Assembly: GCA_010909165.1 (NCBI GenBank)
Contig: VJWM01000288.1
Location: forward strand, 62,001 to 126,000
DNA from: Anthoceros angustus
Lineage: Eukaryota > Plantae > Anthocerotophyta
Direction: 5' to 3'
DNA: 64,000 nucleotides
Part shown: one piece after another, positions 52,201-64,000 of the stretch
How the letters are laid out: each line of letters opens with the position of its first letter
How positions within the stretch are numbered: the first letter of the stretch is position 1
Program-made: the position numbers and the translations under genes
The notes under the pieces: generated by a model
Seen by the model: the letters and a program-made list of their open reading frames with translations, nothing else
What the model was told of the DNA's origin: nothing
The model's database searches: none

Positions 52201-53498
52201 TTCGAAGAGGTTCAGGAAGAATATCCTTTGCATTCGACAGACCAGATGCTTGCACGCTTTCAAATTGCTTTTGCTAGAAAGGTGCATACCCTGCTCATAT
52301 GTGTCAACAAGAATGGGGAGGGCGCCAGCCGGCCGGCGCCCACCCCTTTGTTCCTTTGCGGTATTGACTAACAAACGTGTGATTGGCAATAACTCAAGGA
52401 TATTGAAGTTCTTTCAAAACTTCCAGATGTCTTCCAACATTTCATTTTTGAGGTTAATAATTGAAAAGGACTGGAAGACGAGTAGCGTGCTTTGGCGGAC
52501 AAGGACCTTGAGGAAGGATTGGAGAGCAGAGATGTTTTAGACATGCGAGGGTTTCTCAGAGGATGGAAGTACACACTTTTGGTGATAGACGCTCCAAGGG
52601 AGTTTCAAATCGGGGTTATGGACAAACGTATGGACAAGCAGATGATGGATACTGTTTTGCATAGCTTTGTTGAGAAAACCAATAGCGATGAGCTGAGGAT
52701 GATTGTGATACATGGTGTCGAGGAGACATACACTGTTAGGGAGTCCATGCGAAAGTGGAGCAGGAAAGGGGGCTTGGTCTCATTTGTGTGGAATAAGACG
52801 AACATGAACAATGATAGGGGTGGATTTGAAACCGTGGAGTATGTGATAGTGGGTTGGGGAGTGAAAGACGTGTGCACAAGGGATAAGGTTGCAATGATGC
52901 CAACTGCCATGCACGGGACTTTCAACAATGGAAGGTCTCCACATCGCTATGACACCGCTAAAGAAACAGTGTAAGGCGTCACATGACAAGTTGGTGGCGC
53001 CCATACCTGTAGGCTCGGGCTAATGATGAAACTTATCAAAACCTTCCAAAGAGGGATTGGGTTTGATTTGCTCGTAGTGGGACAACTTATCAGCCTTACT
53101 GTGGGGACGAAATTGTATTGCTATTGAGGCTGACTTAAGGTGTGCAGGATACATTCCACAATGAATCCATGGGTATGAGGTTCTGCCAGATGCTGACGAA
53201 GAATTGACCTTCAAGGCTCACCGCAGAGGATTTGCGCAATTCTAGGCAAAGGGGGTATCTCTTAGCGTGAAGGACTCTAAAAGTACAGGTGGTTTCTTTG
53301 AGTGCTCGTCGGATGAAGACCAAATCAGGAGCGTTCTTGGCAGAGGACCAACAAACCCTTCACAATGTGTGGCAACCTTCCCTGACTCCTTATGACGACG
53401 ACACTGGCGTGAACGAAGACTTAAGGGCTTTGGGTGAGAACGACAACTTCGATGAACAGGAACTAGAGCGGATTCAAATCACACTACAGGATTCGTAG
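49270..53498 (+). pseudogene. Decayed, probably intron-containing gene: low-complexity N-terminus, ParB/Srx-like domain, beta-class DNA amino-methyltransferase-like domain
   Basis: QICMVDEAWANYLAHLI..VLGRNHS (51300)..AYCGLT..FATDHN..MNFIE. Then LLVIDAPR (52588), FVWNK..VEYVIVG, LMMKLIKTF, DWV..FARSGTT (53067) and GRNCIAIEAD (53105). Multiple frameshifts and C>T-type stops. Confidence 0.68.
50978..51047. repeat. 70-bp near-perfect palindrome
   Basis: GGATTCTGCATATGCGAAAGAGG-GTGT-CTTGGAGACA|TGTCTCCAAG-CCTCTTTCGCATATGCAGAATCC: 23-bp and 10-bp perfect arms. Confidence 0.95.
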
Positions 53499-53760
53499 TC
53501 CGTGCACCATCGAGTCCATGTTAGCCCCGGCGAGTAGGTTTTTCTTTCTTTGGGCACCTAGATGTGCTTGTTCTCAGTGTTGGTTTTAAATTATATAATG
53601 GACGAGTTGCAGTGTGCCAATGGATTTCTTCATTTTGCCTCCTTTCTTAAAAACCCCGTGAAGGCGCCGGCCAGCCGGTGCCTTTACTGGATTTTATAGT
53701 CGTGATGTGTTCAAAACAGGCCTATACGTTTCCCATTTCCAGCCAAAGGGTCGTGATTAC

Positions 53761-56700
53761 TATAAACGATCTGGATTTGGAAACTCCCTGTTGAAAGGTG
53801 TCTTGGGGTGATTTTTTTTGTTTTCTTGTTAAGAATGGTGTTAAAATAAGTCAGGCTGACAGTAGGAGAGGGCATTTATGCTAAAAAGTGTCCTTGGCTT
53901 ATGGGGGTTTTTTTTGTTGTTTTTTAGGTTAGATAATAAATGGTCTTGAATTCGATGTTCCTTGGCCTTTGGTCTTGGGATATCCAATAGAAAGTCTATA
54001 TATGTGAGAGGGGATCCTCATATTTGGTAGAGGTTGCTAAGTCCATAGGTTGGAGGTCGACCCAACCAGGCGGTAGTCGAATAAGTGCAAGGTTGCGGAC
54101 CGAAATGGGTGGTGGCGATGTTCCGAGAACGGTCAGCGACTGGGACGGGCGGTCATGGAAGGAAGGAGCGGTCGTCGAAGGAGAAGTGGAAGCCGATCTG
54201 GGAGGGGAGGCATGTAACCCTAAGGAGACCGGAAAATGATGTATAAGTTCAAACGGTGGAGCGCAACGGCGGCTGGAGCGAGAGTGAGGGGAGCGCAACG
54301 GGCGGGAGCGAGAACGCCGAGGAGTCAGCTGGAAGAGTACTACGCGATCTGGAGGCGAGAGGGGGCAATCGCGAGGAGGACAGCCTCAACCCTCGCGCTG
54401 AGGAGCATGAGCTTGTCAAGGAGGACGGCCCTCACCGGCGGATTGCTGAGGAAGTAGGAACCCTGGGAGACTGACCCCGCCAGGAATTTTGAGGCGAGAC
54501 ATCACCGATTCGAGGCGCGAGGCAAGGGAGGTTGCTGCAGAGACATGGCGCCCAAAGCCGCAGCTGAAATTGTGACCGCCCAATGGCCAAACATGGACCA
54601 TTGGAAGGTCCGAGCTGGGGAATTGGTGAAGAAGTTGGGGCTTGGCTTCATGGAGAAGCGGTGGAATTATGCGAACTTGGGACCTGCAGAGGCGCCACCA
54701 TCCGAAGGACAAGCCCAGCGAGGGAATTAGAGCTAAGCCTCGTGGATTGGGACTCGGAATTGGTCAAGAAAGTGTATGAGCGAGGCGAGTGGTTTGGTAA
54801 TCGAGCCTTCTAAGAGGAGCAAAGAAGGCAGCAGCGCCTTGGTCAAGGCAGCGTAATTCGGGAGCCCAATGGTCGTTGACCCGAATTGGTATCAAAGACA
54901 GGTGATGGGCCGATGGCTCTCCGTTTCAAGACAAGAAGTGACTATTTGTCCGACCACTTTGTTTCTCCATGAAGTTGTCAAGGGGGCGAGGATCGATTGG
55001 GGGCGAATTCTCTTTGACAAGCTGTGTGAAGAGAGGTTGAATTTGATCCTCTTCCTCTCGTCCTTCTCTAATTATTGGTTCATCTGTATGCGCACACTAA
55101 CTGTCTGCTGGAGGTAGAAATTGTGGCCTCCCTTCACATGTGGAAGCCGGTTAGGGAGGTGAAGTGGAAAGCGGAGGAACCCAAGGAGGAAATAGAGGAG
55201 GAATTTGACAGCTGGGAGTCCGTGGCGACGGGCAGTTCAGAGGAGGAAAAGGAGATTGCCACCATCAAGAAGAGAGAAAGCCGAGAGGCAAAGTAGGCTC
55301 AACGAAGAAGGTGGAGACGCCACCAGAGTCGAAAGGCGCCGTGGAGAAAACCAAGAAAATGAGGGCCAAACGTGATTGATTCGAGGAGGAGGAGGCGCGA
55401 TCCGAGGAAGAGAATTTTGTTGACTTGGATGCAGATTACGAACCGACCCCGGAAGGATTAGGGTTGACCTCGTGGACCCTCCTGGATGGGAAGAGGTTTT
55501 CCGTGAACCCATTGGCAAATGAGGTCGACGCGGGAGAATTGGTTAGAGTGCGACCCCACCGGGAAGGAAGGTGCTTGACAGGGAATGGCGTCCGGAGGGC
55601 CTCCTCAGTGTGGATTTGAGCTAACCACATCTATGATCCGGGCCCAGTCAGATTTGTTGGACCAAGCTGCGTTGGCCCTCACATAGCTCAGCGTGCAAGG
55701 GCGGCGAGAGGAAGTGGTGAAGGCCCGATTTGAGGAGGAGGAGGCTAAGCGAAAGCAGGTGGAGGAGGATAAGCGGACCCTAGAGGAGATGAGGGTAAAA
55801 ATTCAGGAGGATTTGCGCAGTGCCCAAGAGGAGTTGCAGTCCATGACGAGCCAGGAAGCGCCATGGCCCAGATCAAGGACGCCCACGAGGCTAATCAAGA
55901 AAATGGGGAATTGGCGAGCCCAACAAGAGGCAGCCTGTGGAGAAGGCCCATAAGTTGGCGGACAGACAAGCGAGAGCATGAGGCACGTGGTTGAGCCGTG
56001 AAGGAGAAGGGAAAGGAAGGCAAAGATGTCCACCGGGTAGTGGAAGGACCATCAAGAAAGGAAGGAGCAACCGAGGTAGCCAAACACCTACCGAGTCGCC
56101 AATGACGACGGTCGTGGAGTCCACTACCGCAGATGAGAGCCACCGATTGGGGAGCCCAACTAAGGCCATGAGCGGCGCTCTGCCCGACGTAACATCTCGC
56201 GAGGGCATGGATCAGGGCAACCGTGTAGCCCACGGAGGAGGGGGCACCTCACCATGAGGGGTCCTATTATGTTGCGGCACATGGATGAGGAAACTTATGT
56301 TCCTGGTCTATATGTGAATGGGGAACGCGTGCTTAACCTCAGTGTCCATGTGCGTGTGGAAATAGGAGGGATCAGGGCCTATCTTCTACAAGTGAGGACC
56401 CGAAGTGGATACTTCTTCCACTGCGCCCGAGTGTGGGGATTGGCCCCCTATTATGCGGAGGCGATTTTGGAGGAGCTGACAAAAGAAGAAGTCCATGCAT
56501 GGGTGGACGAAGAGCCTGTAATAACCCTCAGCAATAGGCGACAGGCTGGAGTGGAGGGAGGTCAAGGGCAGGAGATACCCCCGATTAGGACGTCCACCAG
56601 CGATAGTGAGGTGGAGGTCTTGTGGAGGACCCGCTGATCGGGGCCGCGGGTGAGGGCTCGAGGCGGCGGCAGGAGGACGGCGTCAGGCGAAGTCTGGAGA

Positions 56701-57874
56701 AGGGCACGTAGATAGCGAGGGCAGGTGATAGCATCCAGGAATGGAATTTTGTTGGGGATGCCATCGGACCTAAGATCGCTTCAGAATTGTAGTGCGTCTC
56801 TTCGCGATAGTATTTTAGGACCGAAAACTGGGGCTATGTGACGCCTCACCGATGTGGTAATGTGCCCGCCACAACAGATAATTCCGTTGAGATCCCACGC
56901 CGCCTCGTGGCCGGTTGGAGATGTCCATTGGCTGAGGCGGGTGCGAGACGCCTCCAGGGGTGGTCGAGAGCTTGCTCCAACCGAGGGAGGGAGGATGATA
57001 GAGCAAACTCACGACAAAGGAGGAGGAAATCAAGGGATTGGGGCGGGGCGGTCCGGAGCTTGCTCGTAACGCCCGGCCAGGACGCGAGGGTTCTTCTTCC
57101 ACACCTTTGATCCCGAGATAGTTGTGTTCAAACCAAGAGTGTTGAGTGGATGGTTGGAAGCTTGTGTGTGCATCGAGAAAGAGGAGGAGAAAGAGAGAGA
57201 GAAGAGATCGGGTGAAGGGAGATCGAAAATCACGCTGGCGCGAGGTGAGATCGAAGTGGAGAAGGAGGAGAACGAACCGGTGAAAGTTGATGGGGAAATT
57301 GATGTGAGTAGATTGTGAAACTCAAACCGGTGCTGACAGTGGAAAGTGCGCAAGGGAAACAGTGTTCCTGTTGGAAATTGTGTGGCATGGCGCCTTTTTG
57401 TATGTGGGTGTGTGTGTGGAGCAGGTGTGAGGTGTTCTAGGAACTCCCGTTCCTAGAAATCGGTGTGAGCATGAAGTGTGAAGTGTGGAACAAAACCTGA
57501 TCCGGAAGCAGGGGTCGCGGTTCGTGACAGGGATCGCGGCGCCGTGCGCCCGAATTAAGTCGCTAGGGTTTGGTGTGGGACCCACCTCGGTCGTCGTAGC
57601 AACTACCCGGTAGTGGTGAGAACCGCCTGGTAGTAGCTCGAACGAGGTCATGGAGTGATTGGCTGAGGGAATAAGATCTGGGGTTGTAGTAGTCGAGAGG
57701 GTAGGAAGAGTAGCAATAGCAGGTGCAGTCCCAACTTGGGCAAAGGTCAGTAGTGATAGAAGTTAGCGTCTCTTGGCACAAACCATTCCCTTGGGAGCGA
57801 ATCCCAGGACTACAACGACATTGAGGGTGAATGTGGACCTCACGGTGTTCCTAGACACAAATTCACACTCCACA
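53761..57874. mobile_element. Second TG..CA-type unit of the same family (4114 bp), TSD ATTAC
   Basis: ATTAC|TATAAACG (TG mutated to TA) ... ACTCCACA|ATTAC. Its 5' about 250 bp and 3' about 100 bp (AAACCATTCCCTTGGGA.CGAATCC.AGGACTA) are homologous to the 32576-39229 element. Decayed ORF WPNMD.WKVR..FMEK.W..FLHEVVKGARIDWGRILF. Confidence 0.85.
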
Positions 57875-60442
57875 ATTACCCGCAAAAGAGCTAAGATGCA
57901 TATTTTGGGACTATGTGGGATGTGATAAGGGGGTTCGGATATTCACCCCTTCCAAAAATACCATGTTGCAGGCATCCATTCCCTTTAGACACCCCATCTA
58001 AGTATTCGAATTCCCAAAAAAGACAAAAAGTGAGGTTCCTCCCCATTCTAGAAATTTAACAAGTGAGAACCTTAGTCAGACGGTCTGGATAACATCTCCT
58101 CTTCAGATAGCTATGAGAATCCCCTAGTCTTCTTGGCAAGCTTGTCAGCGTCACAACGTCTGCTTCATCTTTGGACCCGGCAGCCTTATAGCCCTTCCTC
58201 TCCCCCTTTCAAAAATCCTTTGTTTTTTTTCCTTCTTAAAAGGACAGGAAGTCATTGTCCTGGATTGCTATAAATTTGTGGAACATCTTATTTCTGTCTA
58301 AGCACTAGGAAAGCGCAAAGAGGAAGCCCTGGAGGCGGCCAAGGTCTTTGCAGAGGCAGCGACGTCCAGCCCCCGAACCGTGCTACATCCATTCGACCAC
58401 CGCAATATGCCTCTTAGTTACCTTCAGTCCTCTCCCGTAGATTGCAAGAGCGCATCAAAACGAAACTCCTGCATATGTTCGTGGACAGTTGACAGGATGG
58501 CCTTCACTAGCTCGAGTTTATCACCAAAAAGAACTCAGTCAGACGTGGGCACCTTCTCATAGCATTAGAAGATAAAGAAGTGTATTAGAGTCCACTTGGA
58601 TGGAATTTTTCCTATCATGGAACTTGGTACTTAACTACTTGTACCATGGTGAGCCTAAGCTACTACCACCAAGGGCATCCACTCCTCTTAGGCACCCCAT
58701 CTAAGTATCGATTGAAGTGCAAGATGCTTAATAGCTACGTTCTCTAACACATCTCATCATCAGAAACACATCTCCAACACCATGAACAAGATGATATACA
58801 TCATCTCGAAGAAAAATCTTTGAAAATTTTTGTTCTTTTTGATCTGGAGTAACTCGTAGCGCATTAAAAACCACCGGCCCCACACGCTGCAAAGATAAAG
58901 ACATGATGTTAATAAGAGGTAGCCCAACAGCCCATAAAGCTGGGGATGGGTGGCACCCCATCCAAGCACTGATCCATCCAAAGGATGCTTAATTGGGGAG
59001 TTATAATGAACTCTGTCTGGATGTCACTCCTTGAAGGACCGAATGTTTGTTTTTGAAGTGCTAGTTATATTACTTTACTTTAATTTTTACATTCAAAATT
59101 CACATAAATGGGAACCTGACATGCCTCGTGATGGGGGGGGCTTTTTTTTATGTGGGGGACGTGATGCTAGTTAAAGGTTCAAAAGAACGTCTCAAGTCCA
59201 AGAAAAGTTTCTTTTCTAACATAAGCTTGTTTATTGATCTTTTTATATCAAAATATCACACAATATCCTCAGATATTATAAAATTGTACAATCTCCACCG
59301 TGAGAGCACGCATAATTGCATCGTCCCCGTAACTTTGTGAAGTTGGTCACGGGATGGACTCCTGCTATCATATTGCAATACTTGCTATCCATGAGCTCCA
59401 AATCAGCACTAACAAGGTATCAAGAGAAACGATCAAGCCTCGGCTTCATAAGTCAAGCCTATATTTTACCTGGCCAGAATAGAAAAAATACTATAAAAAT
59501 CAAATAAAAGCTACTGTTACATCCAGCGTTTGAAGAAATACACCTAGCCAGAATAGAAAAAAAATACTATAGTAGTCAAATAAAAGCTGCTATTATATCC
59601 TGCAGCCTTTGAAGCTCTTCACATGATACAAGCCCTTTACGTTTATGGGTTGTGATAGCAATTTTTACTATTTTGCGTATTGGTATGGCAGTAGATCTTT
59701 AACTGGACATATGCAATTTTTAAGTTGGAAAGCTTATTAATAGTTGTGTGGTTGGATGTTGTTCTTAGAAAAAAATAGTTCATTGTACACAATTTTAGAT
59801 TAAAATATTTCCCAAAGAAAATCAATGACTGTGTGGTTGCATTTAGTTCTTCAATAAGTAGTTTCTAAATAGAGAAAGGGTCCTAAGATATAAATGAAAC
59901 AGGTTCTTGAGAGAAAAGGAAGGTCTCCCAAAAGCTAAATAGAATAGGATTTATGAGAGGGGGCAGACAAAGTGAATCTCATGCATAGGTTAAAAACTTT
60001 GTTTTTGAAGGCTTGTTTCGAAGGAGGAGGGCTGTCAAAGTGAAATCTCTTGCCTTGGTTGAGAACTTGTTTTGAAGAAGAGAGGCAAACAAAGTCAATC
60101 TTGTGCCTAGGTTGAGAATTTGTTTGAAGGCTTATAGATTGTAATCAAAGTGACATTGTTATAGTTTCTCTGGTACAAAAGCTGCGTAACAACAAGGGTG
60201 TTCACTTGGCCTTAGTTCTTCTTTTAACTTTTTTTCATTTATCCTTGGGGTTTGGATAATTGTTTGCATAGGGTGTTCACTTGGCCTTGAACCTTTTTTT
60301 CTAACTTTTTAATTTTTTCTTGGTGTTTGAATAATTATTTAGTGTTGAAAAATTCAAAGTCAAGGCGCTATAATTTTGGGATACAAATTTTTTTTCTCTT
60401 ATGATTGGCTCTTAAATGTTTTGATAGGTTTTAATTCTCGAA

Positions 60443-62224
60443 ATGGTGAGGTGGTTGGGGAGTTCAGCGTGGATTTGTGTGCTGTTTGCGGTGCTGGCGA
60501 CCCTAGCAGAATGCTCAGGGCATGCTATTGGAGTGAATTGGGGGACTCTTTCTTCGCGGCCACTGTCACCGCAAAGGGTGGTTAAGCTCCTTAAGGACAA
60601 CAACTTTACGAAAGTGAAGCTCTTTGATGCGGATGAGAAAGTGTTGTTGGCTCTTGTAGGGAGTGGCCTTGAAGTGATGGTAGCAATTCCCAATGGTATG
60701 CTTCATGAAATGCAGAGCTTGGAAAGGGCCAAGAGCTGGCTGAGGGCCAATGTGTGGTTCTTCAGGCGATATGACAAACTGAACATGCCCACCGTGAACA
60801 TCGCGTAAGATTCGAGTTTTCCTGGCGTGCTTTCCACTGTCGCCTTGGCCAGACGCCTCTTCAGAGCCTTGGGAATTGGATTTCTTTCAGGCTTGTTGGA
60901 ATCGAGAGAACGTTAACGGAGTGGTTTGCTGGCTAGGTAGCTGGCGAGCAGAGCTGTAGAGCCTGCCTTTCCGGACTGTATGCTAGCTTTTGTCATTGCA
61001 AATTGAGTTTCTTGTTTAATTTAGAATGAGCTGTAACCAGACGGATTCTTCCTGTTCAGATCTTGTTCTCATGTTCAAGATGTTTTTTCTTGTAGGTATG
61101 TTGCAATAGGAAACGAGCCATTTCTCAAAGCCTATGACGGCTATTATGTGCCACTGGTCCTACCTGCCATGCGGAACTTGCAGCAGGCTATTGAAGAGGA
61201 CTCGTTGTGCAAAGGTTTTGTGAAGGTTGTGGTGCCCATGAATGCTGACGTGCTGACTGAGCAGTCAAATCGTCCGAGTGAAACAACATTTAAGCCCGAG
61301 TATATTGAGGATATGACCGGCATAGTTTCACACCTCAAGCAACACGGGTCCCCTTTCATCGTGAATATCTACCCATATTTGAGTCTCATCAACGATCCTG
61401 AGTTTCCGACGTCTTTCGCATTCTTCCTTGACAGCTATGCTGCTTTTGATGATGGAGGCTACAGGTACACAAATGTGCTGGAGGCCAGCCTTGACCAGGT
61501 TGCAAACGCCCTGGCTCATGTGGGAGCACCCGAAATGCCCATAGTCTTGGGGGAAGTTGGTTGGCCCACAGACGGTGAATTCAGTGCAACTCCTCTCTAT
61601 GCTCAGAAGTTCAATCAAGGTTTACTGGATCACTTCTTGCAAATGAAGGGCACCCCTAGACACCCCAACACAAGTTTTGATTTCTACCTTTTCGCACTTC
61701 TTGACGAAGATGCGAAGAGTCTTGGGCCTGGGAACTTCGAAAGACACTGGGGTATTTTTGACTATGCTGGACAGACGAAATACTCGCTTGACTTATCAGG
61801 CCGAGGCTTGAAGGTTCCTCTTGTTAGTGCTGGTCTGGAGGTCTTGGAAAAGAAGTGGTGCATTTTGAAAGAAGGAGCCGATGATCCTCGCGCGACCAAC
61901 TTCACGAAGTTACGAGCAGCCTACAATTATGCGTGCTCTCACGGTGGAGATTGTACAGTCACAAATGTTGGAGGGTCTTGTGTGTCTTTGCCTTTATCAG
62001 GTATGCTCTCCTATGCATTCAACAGCTACTACCAAGCAAAAGGGCAGGCGCACGAAGCGTGCAATTTCGATCGTTTGGCAACGGTCACGCGAGATAATCC
62101 AGAGACCAAGTACAAGTGTAAGTTTTCGATAGCTAACGGCGGCTCATCGACTCCACGGGTACTCAATTATACGTATGCACTGTTCGCGGCGTTATTGGTG
62201 CTTTCTGTCCAGCTTGAGGTTTAG
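60443..62224 (+). CDS. Glucan endo-1,3-beta-glucosidase (GH17 plus X8/CBM43, signal peptide, probable GPI anchor), 2 exons
   Basis: Signal peptide, IGVNWG, VKLFDAD, intron 60805-61095, [39 protein letters not shown]8 ([27 protein letters not shown]) and a hydrophobic C-terminus. Confidence 0.96.
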
Positions 62225-63592
62225 CGCGCTCCTGTTATTATCCTGCTTTTATTCCTCTGCCTTCACTCGGGCTGACCAGCAGTAGTGAGGATGAGTTCTT
62301 GGCAATCGCCATTGCAGGCATCTCACATAGACACATAGAACCATGGAACCCAGAACAGGTCATTTTGGTTTGAACAGGAGAACAGGTCATTTTGTTTGGT
62401 TTTTCTATAAATGGCGATTTCTAACCAGATTAGGTTCACTCCTGTCATGCTATGTAACCTGCGATCCATGCGATCCATTACGCTAAGTGCGATCAAGCAT
62501 AGCCCATTGAGCACTGACAAGAGGAACGTTCAAGCATTGGCCTGAGTCGCTTGAACGTTTCGTCTGTCCAGCATAGTAAAAAATACCTTGTCTTGCGCAG
62601 TTGCCAGGCTCAATAGCTCTAGCTACTCTTCGCGGCTTCGTCAAGAAGTCCGAAAAGGTTTAAGTCAAAAAATGTGTTGGGGGACCTAGGAGTACACTTC
62701 ACTTGCAAGACGCGATTTTTCAAAAAATAAAGTATTCTGCAAAGGGCCGCCAAAAAACAACGGACTCGACTTGCCTTGGAATTCACTAACGGCTGCACCC
62801 CGTAGCCAATTGCAAGGAAGAGTTACCAGCGAAGACCAAGACCCCTCTGAACCAAGGAAGAATCACCAGCATGAGCAACTAGCCGCCGCTCCCCCTGACC
62901 CCTCTTGGCATAAGCAGGGCAATCCAAAATGCAGCACAGCACGAACAGCAGACAAATGTGCCCCTACTTTCGCAATACACCGCTCCACAAATCCCCAGCC
63001 CCCAGTTTCCCACTCAATCCCTTGACCGTGAACTGCCGCATCAGCGCAAGCGGCCCGCGAGTCGCCGCGACCAAAACCTGTCGCGCTATCATCTCAGCTT
63101 TGGTTGCATCATCAACTCCTATACATTTTGGTTGTACCATATTCAATTAGCTGCGACCTAGAATTTTTATTATATAAGGTTTTATGTTTGTATTTCTACT
63201 CATTGTTGTGAGTTCATCCTTAGTAACAAACAAGGCAACATGACATAGGAAAGAACGGTTCAGGCTCCCGCAATTTTTTAACGGGTTCAGGGCCTCTTCA
63301 TAACATGGCATGGTCAGCACCAGTGAAATGGAATCCACATTCTACGATACATGTCAGCTGCAATGGACTACACTTTGATTCAGTGGTGATGCTAAGACGC
63401 TGATGCTGGTTCATACAAAGCTGCAGGCATACGGGCCCATACGGCAGCGTATGGTGGCTTGCTGGTCCCCACACATCAACACAAGAAGCGATCAGCTCAC
63501 AGAAACAAAGCTAGGCTCATCAGATGTGGACACACGACAACATGGCAAGTGGTCAGACGGCTTCTCGTTCCGCCCTCCTGCAGACAGTACAG

Positions 63593-63937
63593 ACTAATAA
63601 TCACGGTATGGAAAGCAAAACAAGATTATGAGACAATGCCAAGGACAAAGGCTCAGAAGTACATACTAATAATCACGGTATGGAAAGCAAAACAAGATTA
63701 TGAGAGAATGCCAAGGACAAAGGCTCTCTGAGCCTGGATTTCAAATAGCCATGAGAAAGTACAATTTAGAGGCTTCTCTTATAGTCTGCCTCTGCTTTTC
63801 TACACACGCTCAAGGTGCTCTCCTCTCTCCAGCTGAAGTTCACAAATCCCCAAGGACAGCGTAGAAGACCTAGATGCCCCATGGACAGCGTAGAAGACCT
63901 AGATGCCCCATGGACAAACGTAGAACACCCGGATGCC
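63593..63937. repeat. 72-bp-period duplication (63593-63726) and 29-bp tandem repeat x about 3 (63854-63937)
   Basis: ACTAATAATCACGGTATGGAAAGCAAAACAAG.. occurs twice; GGACAGCGTAGAAGACCTAGATGCCCCAT occurs twice plus a degenerate third copy. Confidence 0.85.
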
Positions 63938-64000
63938 ACTGCTACTAGCACACTCCCACTTGCCTTTCTAAGAACAACTTTGGGCGTGTGAAACGGACCT

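Noticed and set aside
49270-53498. Bacterial contamination or recent HGT as the source of the ParB-MTase region
   Set aside because: It has candidate spliceosomal introns and C>T-type stops, and is flanked by TSD-verified plant TEs.
56837-57874. TGTGAC..CCACA as a separate 1-kb 3' LTR
   Set aside because: No matching 5' copy exists. The ATTAC TSD and homology with the sister element place the left end at 53761.

Overview
Eukaryotic nuclear DNA from a non-seed land plant. The compact, short-intron genes and a PPR protein with a DYW:WW-type PG box point to a hornwort, or possibly a fern or lycophyte (inference). The left half (1-30.2 kb) is gene-dense: SEC6 3' end, a PLS-E PPR editing factor, FAB1/PIKfyve, an At5g63440-like DUF167 gene, RPS19, an MSP1/ATAD1 AAA ATPase, TSR2 and glucosylceramide synthase, with small TE remnants between them. 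From 30.5 to about 58 kb lies a nested transposon island. It holds a CRE-like RLE retroelement fragment and a chromovirus integrase split by a TG..CA element with an ATTGG target duplication. It also holds a Pack-CACTA-like arm carrying NPF transporter fragments (triplicated), a 3.4-kb non-autonomous CACTA, a decayed two-gene cassette and a second TG..CA element with an ATTAC duplication. A GH17 beta-1,3-glucanase follows at 60.4-62.2 kb. The best candidate for an undescribed system is the decayed, probably intron-containing gene at 49.3-53.5 kb. It fuses a ParB/Srx-like domain to a beta-class N4C/N6A DNA-methyltransferase-like domain, is studded with CpG-rich palindromes whose flanks co-vary, and lies divergent from a transposase-like ORF. 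Second is a family of about 4-kb solo-LTR-like units that carry ORFs inside their TG..CA boundaries. All protein family calls are from manual translation and motif recognition; no database search was run.
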